The position numbers were made by a program, and so were the translations under genes. 64,000 bases of DNA from a virus. This document shows, piece after piece, positions 17,682 to 27,611 of this stretch. The notes below the pieces were generated by a model. It had not been told where the DNA came from. It did not search any database and saw only the letters and a program-made list of their open reading frames with translations. Numbering within the stretch: position 1 is the first letter of the stretch; every line of letters starts with the position of its first letter. The DNA lies in the IMG/VR virus record IMGVR_UViG_3300034031_000013, positions 1 to 64,000 of that record; one strand, given 5' to 3'.

Positions 17682-20600
17682 ATGATAACAGGAAACGAAC
17701 CGATAACAGGCACAGATAATCAAATTGGTTTAACTATCAGACAGCAATTCGCGGCAATGGCTATGCAAGGGTTTTGCGCCACGTTTAGGGGTGATTATAA
17801 AGTTAGCCCCGAGTTGGCTCACGAAATGAGTAAAGAAGCGGTATTGATTGCTGATAGTCTAATAGCTGAATTAAACAGAGTATGAAAACACTGAACCTTA
17901 CCCTGAATAAAAAATGGTTCGATATGATAGCATCGGGCGAAAAGAAAGAGGAATATCGAGAAATTAAATCGTATTGGCTTTTACGCCTTGGAGAAGGGAT
18001 TCATAAAGAAAGTGGCTTTTACTTATCGGTAATGAATTTTGGCCCAAGTATAATAAAGGAAATGGATTTTAAGCATTTCGACATTATATCAGCAAACAAC
18101 GGATATTCTAAAGGTTGCCCGAATATCAAGTGGAAACATGAAGGTATAACCATTGGCGAAGGGCGTGAAGATTGGGGAGCAGAACCAGGCAAAAAGTATT
18201 TCATCTTAAAAATTGGCGATTTAATTCAATCCTAATGGAAGAAACAAAACCAACTGAGGCAATGGAAGGAAGGCTGTGCCAATGTTGCCATACAAATTTA
18301 GCAACTGAATTACACGTCTGTCCTTTTATGGCAGATATACACGGCAACTACGAACATAAATGCAATTGCTGTTCTTCATGTGAGCACGAATGCGCAATGG
18401 ATGTTTAACCCCCTCTCCCCTTTGGGGGATAATTATAATTAGATATGGTAGACAAAGAAATAACGAAAGCGGTTGACCGCAATTTTAAAGGATTCGACTT
18501 AGCTTTTGTTAGGTGTGGATTATGCTGCTCAAAGGAAAATCCATGCCTCAAGTGCGCTAATGAAACTATAGCGGCAAACGGCTTTGAGGATGGTGTTCCA
18601 GAAAGGTTTAAGTGGCGATTTAAGAGAGTTGAAGCTGTATTGCCATTAAAGTATATATCGGATGAATTTATTTACCATACATATCTAGTTTCAACCCCCA
18701 TACAATAACACCAAGAAGATGGAAAAGAACCGCGACCCTTTAAACGCTCCTGAAATCCGATACAGGTTTAAGTCAATTCAAAAGCGTGGAAAGCGTACTG
18801 GCATAGATTATCTATTCCATAAACGAACCGAAATCGAAATGCTTAAACATTGGGAAACGATTAAACATGATTTTGTATGAAAGATAACGAAAAGGCGAAG
18901 AAGCCTAAGAAAACCAAAAAGCGCAAAACAAAGGACTGTGACATATACGAACACGGCGAATGTGATTGTACTGGTAAATTTTGTGGCTACGGCACTTGAC
19001 CCTCAACCTGACAAATTAAATCAATCCTACGCAGTCTTTGAGCCTGTAGAGGCAAATGGAAAGGTAGAGTGTGAGTTTTATATGGAGTATAAAGGATTTT
19101 AAAATATGGAAAAGGAATATCAACACCGAGAACAAATGGAAAGTCAAAGACAAATTGAAAAAAAGTATCAAAAATTGATATATGAAGTATCAAATAATGA
19201 CTTCTATAAAATTGATTTAAGCAACCGTGTAAACTGCTATTCGTGCAAGTGTGAACACATAACAAAAACTATTGACATAGATGCAGGAGTAACCCCGTTT
19301 ATGTTCACCTGTGAAAAATGCGGAGGCGATGCGCATAGTTCTTTCTTTAAAGATATTGCACCTAATCAAAAACCAACATTTGAATGGTATAGACCAGACT
19401 TAAAGCAAGTTCTTAAACTGAGAAGTAAGCCGGGATTATTAGATCACATCTTATCCGGTGGACTTGATTACAGGAGAATCAAATCATGAACCACTACCTC
19501 TACACCCCCGAAACAAATACGCTAGAGCTGGTTAACCCGCACGAGCAGTATGTATTGATATCTAATTATCCTAACGAGACACAACAGTGGTTTGACTTCG
19601 ATAAAGCTAACCCCGAACTTCCTTACATCGGCTCCCTGACCCTTAAAGAAGGTGTAGAGTATCCTGAGAGTATGTTTAGGAAGCAATGGCAACATTACAA
19701 TCCGCTGTACAATGAATGGTTCCCTATAAACGTAGACCATTTCGCTCCAATCAATAATACTATTGAAACGGTGCTGTCCTATTACAAGGATATGAATTGG
19801 GAAACCCGCCAAGCCCTAACCGATTCCGAACAGCCGAAAGAGTTGGATGCCTCCAAGCCTCTCCGTAACCCATTAATGCAAGAGATACTAGCAAATACCC
19901 CTCAATGGATTAAAGATGAAATAGATGCCGCTTATCCTGATTTGAAAGAGTTGGAAGCCGAGGTTCAGGAAGGGGAACCGACCGACACCCATCAGTGCAA
20001 AAAGTGCGGTGGCAGAACAGCTTTGATTACAGGCTTTTTTCATTACGAACCAGACGAGGAACCTTACATGAGTGGAGTTCAAGAAGAGGCTAAAGTAGAA
20101 AGAGGCGAGTGCTGGATGGCTGGCTACAAATGCGACGATTGCGGAAATGAACAAGATTTCTGGACAGAATAAACAAAAAGGATTCACAATTAACAAACGA
20201 TAGCATGAAAACAGCAGAAGAAATTATTGAAGACATACATGAATGCTTATGCGCTGGTAAGTACGAAGAAATGGCGGGAATGATTAAGGCTTATGGCGCA
20301 TCCGATTTCTTTAACGACTACGGGAACTATTTAAGTTATAGCTACTCATTACAAGAAGCGTTCTCTTATTATACACAGCTAACTAAGAGCTATCAACGGT
20401 TCGACTCTCAGCCTCTCCCTGTCTCTCAACCCTCAGTGGAAGCAGATAACACATGGATTCTAATTATGCAAAAGTTCATCAACTCTGCTTATGTAGGCTG
20501 CACTAAGGAGGAATTGTGGCAGATCGTGGAAGAGGCTGAGGTATTAATTAAAGGCCACAGTATTAATAAAGACTGATTATGAAAAACGGATTCGATTTAA

Positions 20601-22273
20601 TTCTCGAAGAGAGACAACGGCAAATCAACAGTGAAAAATACAGCATACAGGATGATGCTCGATATGTAAACCAAGAATTGTATTGGGCAGCTTTGGCATA
20701 TCACTTAAATGATGTTTCATTTTGGCCGTGGGATAAGGAGTATTTTAAACCGACTGGAGATAAGGTCAAAGATTTCATTAAAGCAGGTGCTTTGTATCAC
20801 GCTGAATTAGATCGCATAAACTTTACCACAGATCAAGAGGATGGAATTACTCGCCATAAAGAAATAGTTGCTTGGTCAATGGCGGTAATATCTCGAAAGA
20901 TTACTTATCTAAATCACGCTAAGGATTTTAATGGGCAGACAATGAAAGAACTACTTCCAGATAGCGAATATTATGTTGAGCCCGAAAAGGGTGTAATCCC
21001 AAAGTATATTCCTCAACCCTCAGTAAATCAACAGATGTTGGAAGCGTTGAAGAAAATCGCTGCAATGAAGTTGAACCCCGATGAAACGGATTACAAATAT
21101 GCTTTCAACCGATGCTGGCATATTGCTGTAGAAGCCATCACCAATTTTGAACACGAAATAAACGAATCATGATATACGCAAATATGAAAATCGGAAAGAT
21201 TAAAGCTAAGGCATTGTTAGAGTTTGGGAAAGGTGATATTCAGGTGGTTAATGCCAAAGGTGAAGACTATGCAGCAGTGTTGTTTAGGAATAGCACAATC
21301 CGTCCGATAGGATCGGAAGACCCGACAACCAACGGAACGACAACGGATGATTTTAAGCCTAATGTTGTTATGGCGTTTGACAGCACCAATAGTATTGATT
21401 TGTTGATTGAGGTACTTGAAAATGCTAAACAAGATTTGCAATCCATCGCCACCGCTGAAGAAATGAAAGGAGGGGTGGAAGGATGAAACTCAAACTGACA
21501 ACCGATTACCTAATGATACACATTGAGATGGAATGGTTTATCCCTTTATACTTTATCGGAATGTTCCTACTCATCTACAGTCTAATTAAATACAGAAACT
21601 CATTAAAGCAGAATACATTATGAAATTATACGAACTATCAACTTGCGGTGAGAAAGAATGGATTGCTGCAAACACAATCATTGAAGCTTTACAAGTCTAT
21701 CACCACATAACGGGTAACACTCCTTTGGATTTAGATTCAGTCGATGACATTAATGAGGTTCCAGAAGAAAAATGGAAGGACATCGCATTGTGTTTTCCTG
21801 ACGATAAGGATGAACCAGATATAACCTTTGCTGAAAGAATGAAAGAGGTTACTAAACCAGAATATTTAGCTTCAACTTGCTATTAAGCCATGAACAACCC
21901 ACAACTAGAGGAAGCAGCAAAGCAACGGTACGGCAACGACTTGCATTTATTCGGACAGCAGAGAGACGGATTTATTGAGGGTGCTAAATGGGCTCTCTCC
22001 CAATCAGAAGCAGAACCACCAACAGAAGACAAGCTTAAGGAAGCAGCAAAGGAGCTTGCGGAAAAAGCCGAATTTAATCCTTCAATTCCAATGGAAACCA
22101 GACTGAAAGCAGCCAAAGCTGTGTCGGCCAAGAAATCAGATATGCTAAGGGAAGCGTTTGAAGCCCTTTTGGATTCGCACCTATTTCATTACTTCGAGAC
22201 ATTAAAAGCCAGAGACATAGCAAAAGCGTTTTGGTACAAGAAAGCCGGATTACCCTTACCAGAGAAAAGCTGA
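17682..22273 (+). other. Accessory (nin-like) cluster of about 14 short hypothetical ORFs, several with Zn-finger Cys pairs
   Basis: Dense co-oriented ORFs including 19106-19489, 19486-20172, 20205-20576, 20579-21172, 21169-21486, 21620-21886, 21890-22273. Confidence 0.7.
17882..18235 (+). CDS. ASCH/PUA-like domain protein
   Basis: L.LNKKWFDMIASGEKKEEYREIK.YW. Confidence 0.8.
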   Translation: MKTLNLTLNKKWFDMIASGEKKEEYREIKSYWLLRLGEGIHKESGFYLSVMNFGPSIIKEMDFKHFDIISANNGYSKGCPNIKWKHEGITIGEGREDWGAEPGKKYFILKIGDLIQS

Positions 22274-22662
22274 CAAAATCTTGTAATAAATTTATCAGAT
22301 AATTATTACAGAATCTTATTTGACGGGTATTTGATAAATTATGATTAATCCGTGTTGAGAGCGATTTTAAAGCTTTTTCTTATTTGACTCGAAAACGGAT
22401 TAACCAATTCCGCAGTCACTGACTGCAAAATCTTACAAGGATAATCGGCAACAATCCGATAACGTATTATAAAATTAACAAGTGCTGTAAGTTCGTTTGA
22501 TTAATAAAACCCGCAAATATATCCTGAACGCTGAAAATACACAGCATACACCGCCAAATCTTACTTTTTAAACGCCTTTTGGCGAACTATGAGCCGAATA
22601 GACATAACTATCGGCTCATTTACCGATAATCTCTTATATCGCCTAATTGACCGATAATAACA

Positions 22663-22689
22663 AAGCCCCGACTATTTCTAGCGGGGCTT
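22663..22689 (-). terminator. Terminator hairpin at the end of the late operon
   Basis: AAGCCCCG...CGGGGCTT where early and late genes converge. Confidence 0.55.
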
Positions 22690-22733
22690 CTAAATGACCT
22701 GTAGGCCGTTCTAATGGTAAACGTATAGGTACA

Positions 22734-23312
22734 TTACATTCTTCTCTTTATAAAATGCAAGGCCAGTAAAGCCAAGGCGATTCCCGTTGCCCAATTCCTT
22801 TGCATCTCCGCTCTATTCTTTCCTTTTAGAGCCTTATCCCTTTCCTGTTCTAATAAATATTCCCTTGCCTTATCTACAATCTTCTTGGTAACTGTTGTTC
22901 TTATATAGGCTGTATCGCAAGGCTTGTTCTTTAAGGCTTGTATAGCACTTGCTAGGCTTTTAATAGTCTTATCCTGACTTCTTATTAGTTCATTGCAGTC
23001 CTTCTCGCTGTAGATGGTGTCTGCGACGATAATAGGGGCCTTCTGAGCGAGTTTAAGCAATGAATCAACTAATCTATCATGTTCGGTGTTGTCGGCCTTT
23101 ACAGTGTCTTGTTTGATCTCGGTTGTTTCCTTTGGTGCAAAGTGTTTAGTGCATTCGCTTGCAAGCCATTGAGGATGCTTGACACATAGAACCTGGAATC
23201 TCTTCTGAGTTGTACAACCGCTACAGGTTATGGCAAGAAAATAAAAGAACACTAGCCCTATGATGTAGATGCCAAGTAAGGTGGTGGTTGGGTATCTGTT
23301 TAACTGTTTCAT
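22734..23312 (-). CDS. Candidate unimolecular spanin
   Basis: Hydrophobic N-terminus with lipobox-like CSGC, coiled-coil middle, C-terminal TM followed by KRR; in lysis cluster. Confidence 0.55.
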   Translation of the reverse strand: MKQLNRYPTTTLLGIYIIGLVFFYFLAITCSGCTTQKRFQVLCVKHPQWLASECTKHFAPKETTEIKQDTVKADNTEHDRLVDSLLKLAQKAPIIVADTIYSEKDCNELIRSQDKTIKSLASAIQALKNKPCDTAYIRTTVTKKIVDKAREYLLEQERDKALKGKNRAEMQRNWATGIALALLALHFIKRRM

Positions 23313-23932
23313 GCGTTTACTTCTATTTCTAATATTTCTGCGTCCTCTATGCCTATATCCCCACCATGCTCTTCTCCATCTTCGTTAAATACCACCATAT
23401 AGGCATGTCTTTGCTCGTCCACGCCGCGAACTGGGAACTTCCGGCCTATCTTGTCGGCATACCAATTCTGCTTATCGAAGCAAGAAATTACCCTAGCCAT
23501 CTTGATTTTCTTCTTACCGCCACTTATAGCAGTCTCCAATAGATTGTTATATTCGGGTATCGTGAACTCTTTCGGCTCTAATTGTGTAGATGTGAAATAT
23601 CTATCTACAGGCACGTCATTCAAGCATTCGTTGTGCATTAGCATATTAAGCCCAAAAAGAATTGCCGATAAATGATCCTCTTTGTCAATTCCCATCTTAC
23701 TTGCCTGCTCAGGGAACTTGTGGCACATCTTCGCTTGAGTGTAGTGCCTGTCCATGCTTCTCCAAACTTCCTTGTCGGGCTGTCCTAGCTCCCAATTCCC
23801 ATCCCCGTACTTCTGCCCTTTTTTCATATGATACCCGTATCGCATCAGCATATAGGGGTTTAACTCCATAGGTAGAGGCTTCATGCTGTCGTCATCCCTC
23901 CTGCTTCCTGATTCAAATTGTCTTTGTTCCAT
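23309..23932 (-). CDS. dATP/dGTP diphosphohydrolase domain protein (DUF5664-like)
   Basis: FESGSRRD..KP...G..KYGDGNWELG...S..RH...EDHLSAILF. Confidence 0.8.
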   Translation of the reverse strand: MEQRQFESGSRRDDDSMKPLPMELNPYMLMRYGYHMKKGQKYGDGNWELGQPDKEVWRSMDRHYTQAKMCHKFPEQASKMGIDKEDHLSAILFGLNMLMHNECLNDVPVDRYFTSTQLEPKEFTIPEYNNLLETAISGGKKKIKMARVISCFDKQNWYADKIGRKFPVRGVDEQRHAYMVVFNEDGEEHGGDIGIEDAEILEIEVNA

Positions 23933-24047
23933 AATTGCCTCTATTTTACTCTTACTGATTCCCTTGATAGTTTCTTTAGCTCCTCAAGGACGTATTGGGT
24001 GAGCTTTATTAATTCCTGTAGTTTATTTCTCTCTTGATCTGTCATGG

Positions 24048-25091
24048 CTAAAAAATGTGGGTGAAACGAGCTATTTGTCCTTGAGTTGGAGAGTGTACAT
24101 ACCCCTCAACGGCTTTAGGGCTATGTTGAAAGCCATTTTTTGCGTGCCAACTATCTGTACCACTTGGGCTTCTTAGTGTCTCCACGCAGACGCTACCGTA
24201 GTCCTTACTGATTTTATGGTGTAAGTGATGTATGTAGAAATAGCGATGCTTGCAGTTGTGCCAATGTTCGCTTGCTTCTTGCGCCATAAGCAAAGGCAGG
24301 TCTGCTGTTTTAGCCCCGTCACCGTGAGTTGTACCGATCAGGTTCTGTCCGTAGGGGTAATACTTACGATGGCTTATAGAGGCGTTAAACGTCACGTCGG
24401 GGCAATTCCTAAACCAAGCTGTTAACGCTTGAGCTAGAAAGAACCCATTGGTGTAATCGTGGTTTGATGGGTCGTACTGAACGTGAACGGGGGCAACCAA
24501 TCTTAATGCTTCGATAATATCTACGTCAAGCTGAAAGCCTATCATATAGTTATCGTACCACATACCTGTTGTGTCTTGGTGGGTAGAGCCTGTTGTTGTA
24601 TTCTTAGGTGTATCTATATGTAGTTTATCGTTCCCTACGATATAAAGAATCTTCTCGATATTAAACCCTGCCGATTTATCTAATATCCCCTGTACGCCTT
24701 CTTTAACCCTTTGTACGGCAATCTGATTGTTATACTCCTCGCCTGTTTCAAAGGCACTACATAGTTTACCTATATGAACATCTGCGGGGTCAATTACAAG
24801 CAAGTGGGGGTCAAGGACAGGCTCTCTTTTTACGGGTTCGAATTGAGGACTGTGACTTTGCATCTTTTCGATAATGCCATTTAGCACATCCTCGATATTC
24901 AGCTTCTTCTTTCCTACATTCATAGAAAAGTGCTCCGACTTAAACCAATAGTAGTTCACATCGTCAATAGGGATATTCTTAGCCTCGCACTCATCCGCTA
25001 ATGCTTTGTGCTGATTGCGCTTTGCATCTATAATCGCCCACTCACTAGCACTAAGCCTCTTTCGGATTGTCAGCCTTTCCATTTCTGACAT
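24048..25091 (-). CDS. Calcineurin-like metallophosphoesterase
   Basis: DVHIG, GND, SNHD, THGD, HHLHH motifs. Confidence 0.85.
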   Translation of the reverse strand: MSEMERLTIRKRLSASEWAIIDAKRNQHKALADECEAKNIPIDDVNYYWFKSEHFSMNVGKKKLNIEDVLNGIIEKMQSHSPQFEPVKREPVLDPHLLVIDPADVHIGKLCSAFETGEEYNNQIAVQRVKEGVQGILDKSAGFNIEKILYIVGNDKLHIDTPKNTTTGSTHQDTTGMWYDNYMIGFQLDVDIIEALRLVAPVHVQYDPSNHDYTNGFFLAQALTAWFRNCPDVTFNASISHRKYYPYGQNLIGTTHGDGAKTADLPLLMAQEASEHWHNCKHRYFYIHHLHHKISKDYGSVCVETLRSPSGTDSWHAKNGFQHSPKAVEGYVHSPTQGQIARFTHIF

Positions 25092-25094
25092 ATC

Positions 25095-25322
25095 TTAGGC
25101 TTGAGGTGAATCAACTTTTGCAAATGTTGCAACGGTTGACATAACGAACCCTGCTGTAGCTACATATCCTGCGATCTTAGACACTATCTCGGGGAGATGG
25201 ATGTAATCGGGGGTTACTAATAAAGCTGCGCTTACGGTCGTTAAATAAAGCCCTATCGCCCTAATCTTTTTAAAGAATAGCGGGGTCTTCGATTTAAAGC
25301 GTTCAATTAATTCTTTCATCAT
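25095..25322 (-). CDS. Probable holin
   Basis: 75 aa, two TM segments, adjacent to the endolysin. Confidence 0.6.
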   Translation of the reverse strand: MMKELIERFKSKTPLFFKKIRAIGLYLTTVSAALLVTPDYIHLPEIVSKIAGYVATAGFVMSTVATFAKVDSPQA

Positions 25323-25355
25323 GCGTTTTATTGTTATTCCGATGCCAGTCGGGTG

Positions 25356-25919
25356 TTATTTATATTCGATTAGGATATAAGGGAACTTGGTTTGCTTGTT
25401 CCGTTTTAGTTGATCTTTTAGAGACTCCCTGAATGAAGCCCATTGTGGCTTAGGGATTGTTTGGCAACCCTCCGAGCTAGTTGTATTCATTCCCCCATCG
25501 TGAATATTAATCCAAAAAGGGGAGGCGGGACTATCCTTTACTATACCGTCTTTCCCATCTCTAACCACCTGTATTCCGAAACTTGCCTGCCTAAAAGCCT
25601 CCCTTGGGTTCTTGCCTGAAATCCCATGTATCCCAACCTTGTAAAACACTACTTGAGGTGCAACCAATGTCGCTATCCCTTGCCTTGTTACCGATGGGTC
25701 TGTATTTGCGTTAAACGATGCGTACATATCGGGCGAAATGATAAACATTGCATCGTCGTAAATTCCAACATCATTCTTTAAAGGGTTGCCCATAGTAGAC
25801 TTGTAGTACCCTCTAATGCCCAATACCTTAACAGGGTATTCATCTAAGCCGAAAGCCGATAACTCCTTTAAAGCGTCTTGCAATGTCATCTTGGGTTTAC
25901 TGTTTGGTATTGCGCTCAT
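25356..25919 (-). CDS. Probable endolysin (YkuD/L,D-peptidase-like Cys enzyme)
   Basis: GIRGYY...YDD...INIH....TSSEGCQT (HxG...SxGC). Confidence 0.7.
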   Translation of the reverse strand: MSAIPNSKPKMTLQDALKELSAFGLDEYPVKVLGIRGYYKSTMGNPLKNDVGIYDDAMFIISPDMYASFNANTDPSVTRQGIATLVAPQVVFYKVGIHGISGKNPREAFRQASFGIQVVRDGKDGIVKDSPASPFWINIHDGGMNTTSSEGCQTIPKPQWASFRESLKDQLKRNKQTKFPYILIEYK

Positions 25920-26097
25920 TGTCTGATTTTTGGGTAAAAAGAAAGTGCCTTACTGTTTGATGTAATAAAGTTACACCATTAGGTAAGGCACTTTTGAGGC
26001 TCTAGGCGGCCTACGAGTTTATTTCAAATCCCGATAATTGTATATTTTAATGTTTATTACCTACATTTGCTTCTAATTTGATAAAAAAACTACCAAT

Positions 26098-26517
26098 ATG
26101 ATAAAAAAACTACCAATACTACTATTGGCTTTAATGTCAGTAAGCTGCGGTGAAATTAAGCCGTACTCAACATTCCTACTAGACGCAGAAGCTTATGTTA
26201 ACAACAAGAAGGTGCTTAGTAATATCGCTTTTCTAAGTCCAGCGCAAGAGTATATTGTTAAAGATTCACAAGCACTGACAGATTACTTTAAAAGCAATCC
26301 CGAGAACTCCAAAAAATCCACCTACAGGTATATGGCTGACTTGCCAGCGGGTAATTACATTATCGCAATCCAAATAATCGACAGTAGTGTAACTAATATG
26401 ATTGGTTCTTATGCCTACAAGCAAATAAGGCTTGATGAACAACATCTAGGAGCAGAGAATGTAATGCGATTCGCCCTCTCAAATAGGAGAACCCGCCAAA
26501 ACTGGAAAGAAGATTAG
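26098..26517 (+). CDS. Lipoprotein (moron)
   Basis: Signal with lipobox SVSC; TACATTTG promoter at 26062-26069; opposite strand to neighbours. Confidence 0.75.
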   Translation: MIKKLPILLLALMSVSCGEIKPYSTFLLDAEAYVNNKKVLSNIAFLSPAQEYIVKDSQALTDYFKSNPENSKKSTYRYMADLPAGNYIIAIQIIDSSVTNMIGSYAYKQIRLDEQHLGAENVMRFALSNRRTRQNWKED

Positions 26518-26533
26518 ACCCCCTGTATATACC

Positions 26534-27601
26534 TTGATGAAAAATACTATCCGTCCTTTTAATTGGGAATTATTATCAATAACCAGATTTGTACTCGCGT
26601 TCATAGTGCTGGCGAATCACTTAAAAGATTTTACAAGTATTGGGATTTTCAATATATTCCCGATGTTTGGAGCGTTTGAAGCTATTTTTGGATTTCTGCT
26701 GATTAGTGGATTGTCAATTGGAAAGTCAATAGCTAAAAATAAAGAATCATATTTCAAAAGACGGGCAAACCGTATCTACCCTGTATACATAGCTAGTATA
26801 CTGTTTCAATGGGCTGTGATTCAACCTACAAGCGTTGATTTGTTGTTTATTGGGGTGTTGCTTTTGAATGTCCTTTTCCTGAATCAGATACTCACAAACA
26901 TATCATTTGTAGAACCTGCGTGGACATTAGCCGTTGAGGTATGGCTATACTGCCTAGCCCCTTGGTTTCTTAAGTTGTCATTTAAGCAGGTTTTTGTAAT
27001 TATCTACACTTCGGTTATATGTTACGTAGCGTTCACTTGTGGCCGTACATTATTCAACTGGAATTACTACTCAGGAATAGGATATGGGCTAAATATCTTA
27101 TTTTTAGCTTTTGTTTGGGTAATAGGATTCGCCCTTGCTGTTTTCCCTGAAAAAAGAAGATTTATAATATTAAATATCGCATTAATATTTATTCTACATA
27201 TTGGGTTGTCTGCTTCGATACAGGCAGCGTACCGTTATAAGCATAATGAGGTTAGTATGTTTATCGGTAGCGATCTTATAGGCTTCGCATTTAAGTCTTT
27301 ATGTTTATTAATGGTATACCTAGTAGTTGTCTATAATCATAGGTTCCCTACATTCACAACTTTTACCAAAAAAACATTCACATTGCTTGGTAATATATCC
27401 TACCCATTATATTTAACGCATATCACTTCATTCGTTTTATTGAAAAAGTGGAACATTAGCAACTCAACGGGCATGATTGTCTTTTCGTTAGGGGTTTCGT
27501 ATATTATATATATTCTATTTGACTCTTATAGTAAAAAACGAGAAGTAAAAGGAATATCTAAGCCTTTTTCAGATAAGATTTTAGAATATACTGGAAATTG
27601 A
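26534..27601 (+). CDS. Acyltransferase-3 (OafA/Oac-like) membrane O-acyltransferase
   Basis: R...A..V...H, FLLISG, YFKRRANRIYP, WTLAVE..Y, LGNISYPLYLTH; about 10 TM segments; AT-rich. Confidence 0.9.
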   Translation: MMKNTIRPFNWELLSITRFVLAFIVLANHLKDFTSIGIFNIFPMFGAFEAIFGFLLISGLSIGKSIAKNKESYFKRRANRIYPVYIASILFQWAVIQPTSVDLLFIGVLLLNVLFLNQILTNISFVEPAWTLAVEVWLYCLAPWFLKLSFKQVFVIIYTSVICYVAFTCGRTLFNWNYYSGIGYGLNILFLAFVWVIGFALAVFPEKRRFIILNIALIFILHIGLSASIQAAYRYKHNEVSMFIGSDLIGFAFKSLCLLMVYLVVVYNHRFPTFTTFTKKTFTLLGNISYPLYLTHITSFVLLKKWNISNSTGMIVFSLGVSYIIYILFDSYSKKREVKGISKPFSDKILEYTGN

Positions 27602-27611
27602 TTCGAGGTAA

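Noticed and set aside
22572-22585. Ninth late-promoter box (CGCCTTTTGGCG)
   Set aside because: No TAnnTTTR element at the 13-bp spacing
23309-23932. Z-genome (2-aminoadenine) pathway
   Set aside because: No PurZ or DNA polymerase in the window; this domain is widespread on its own
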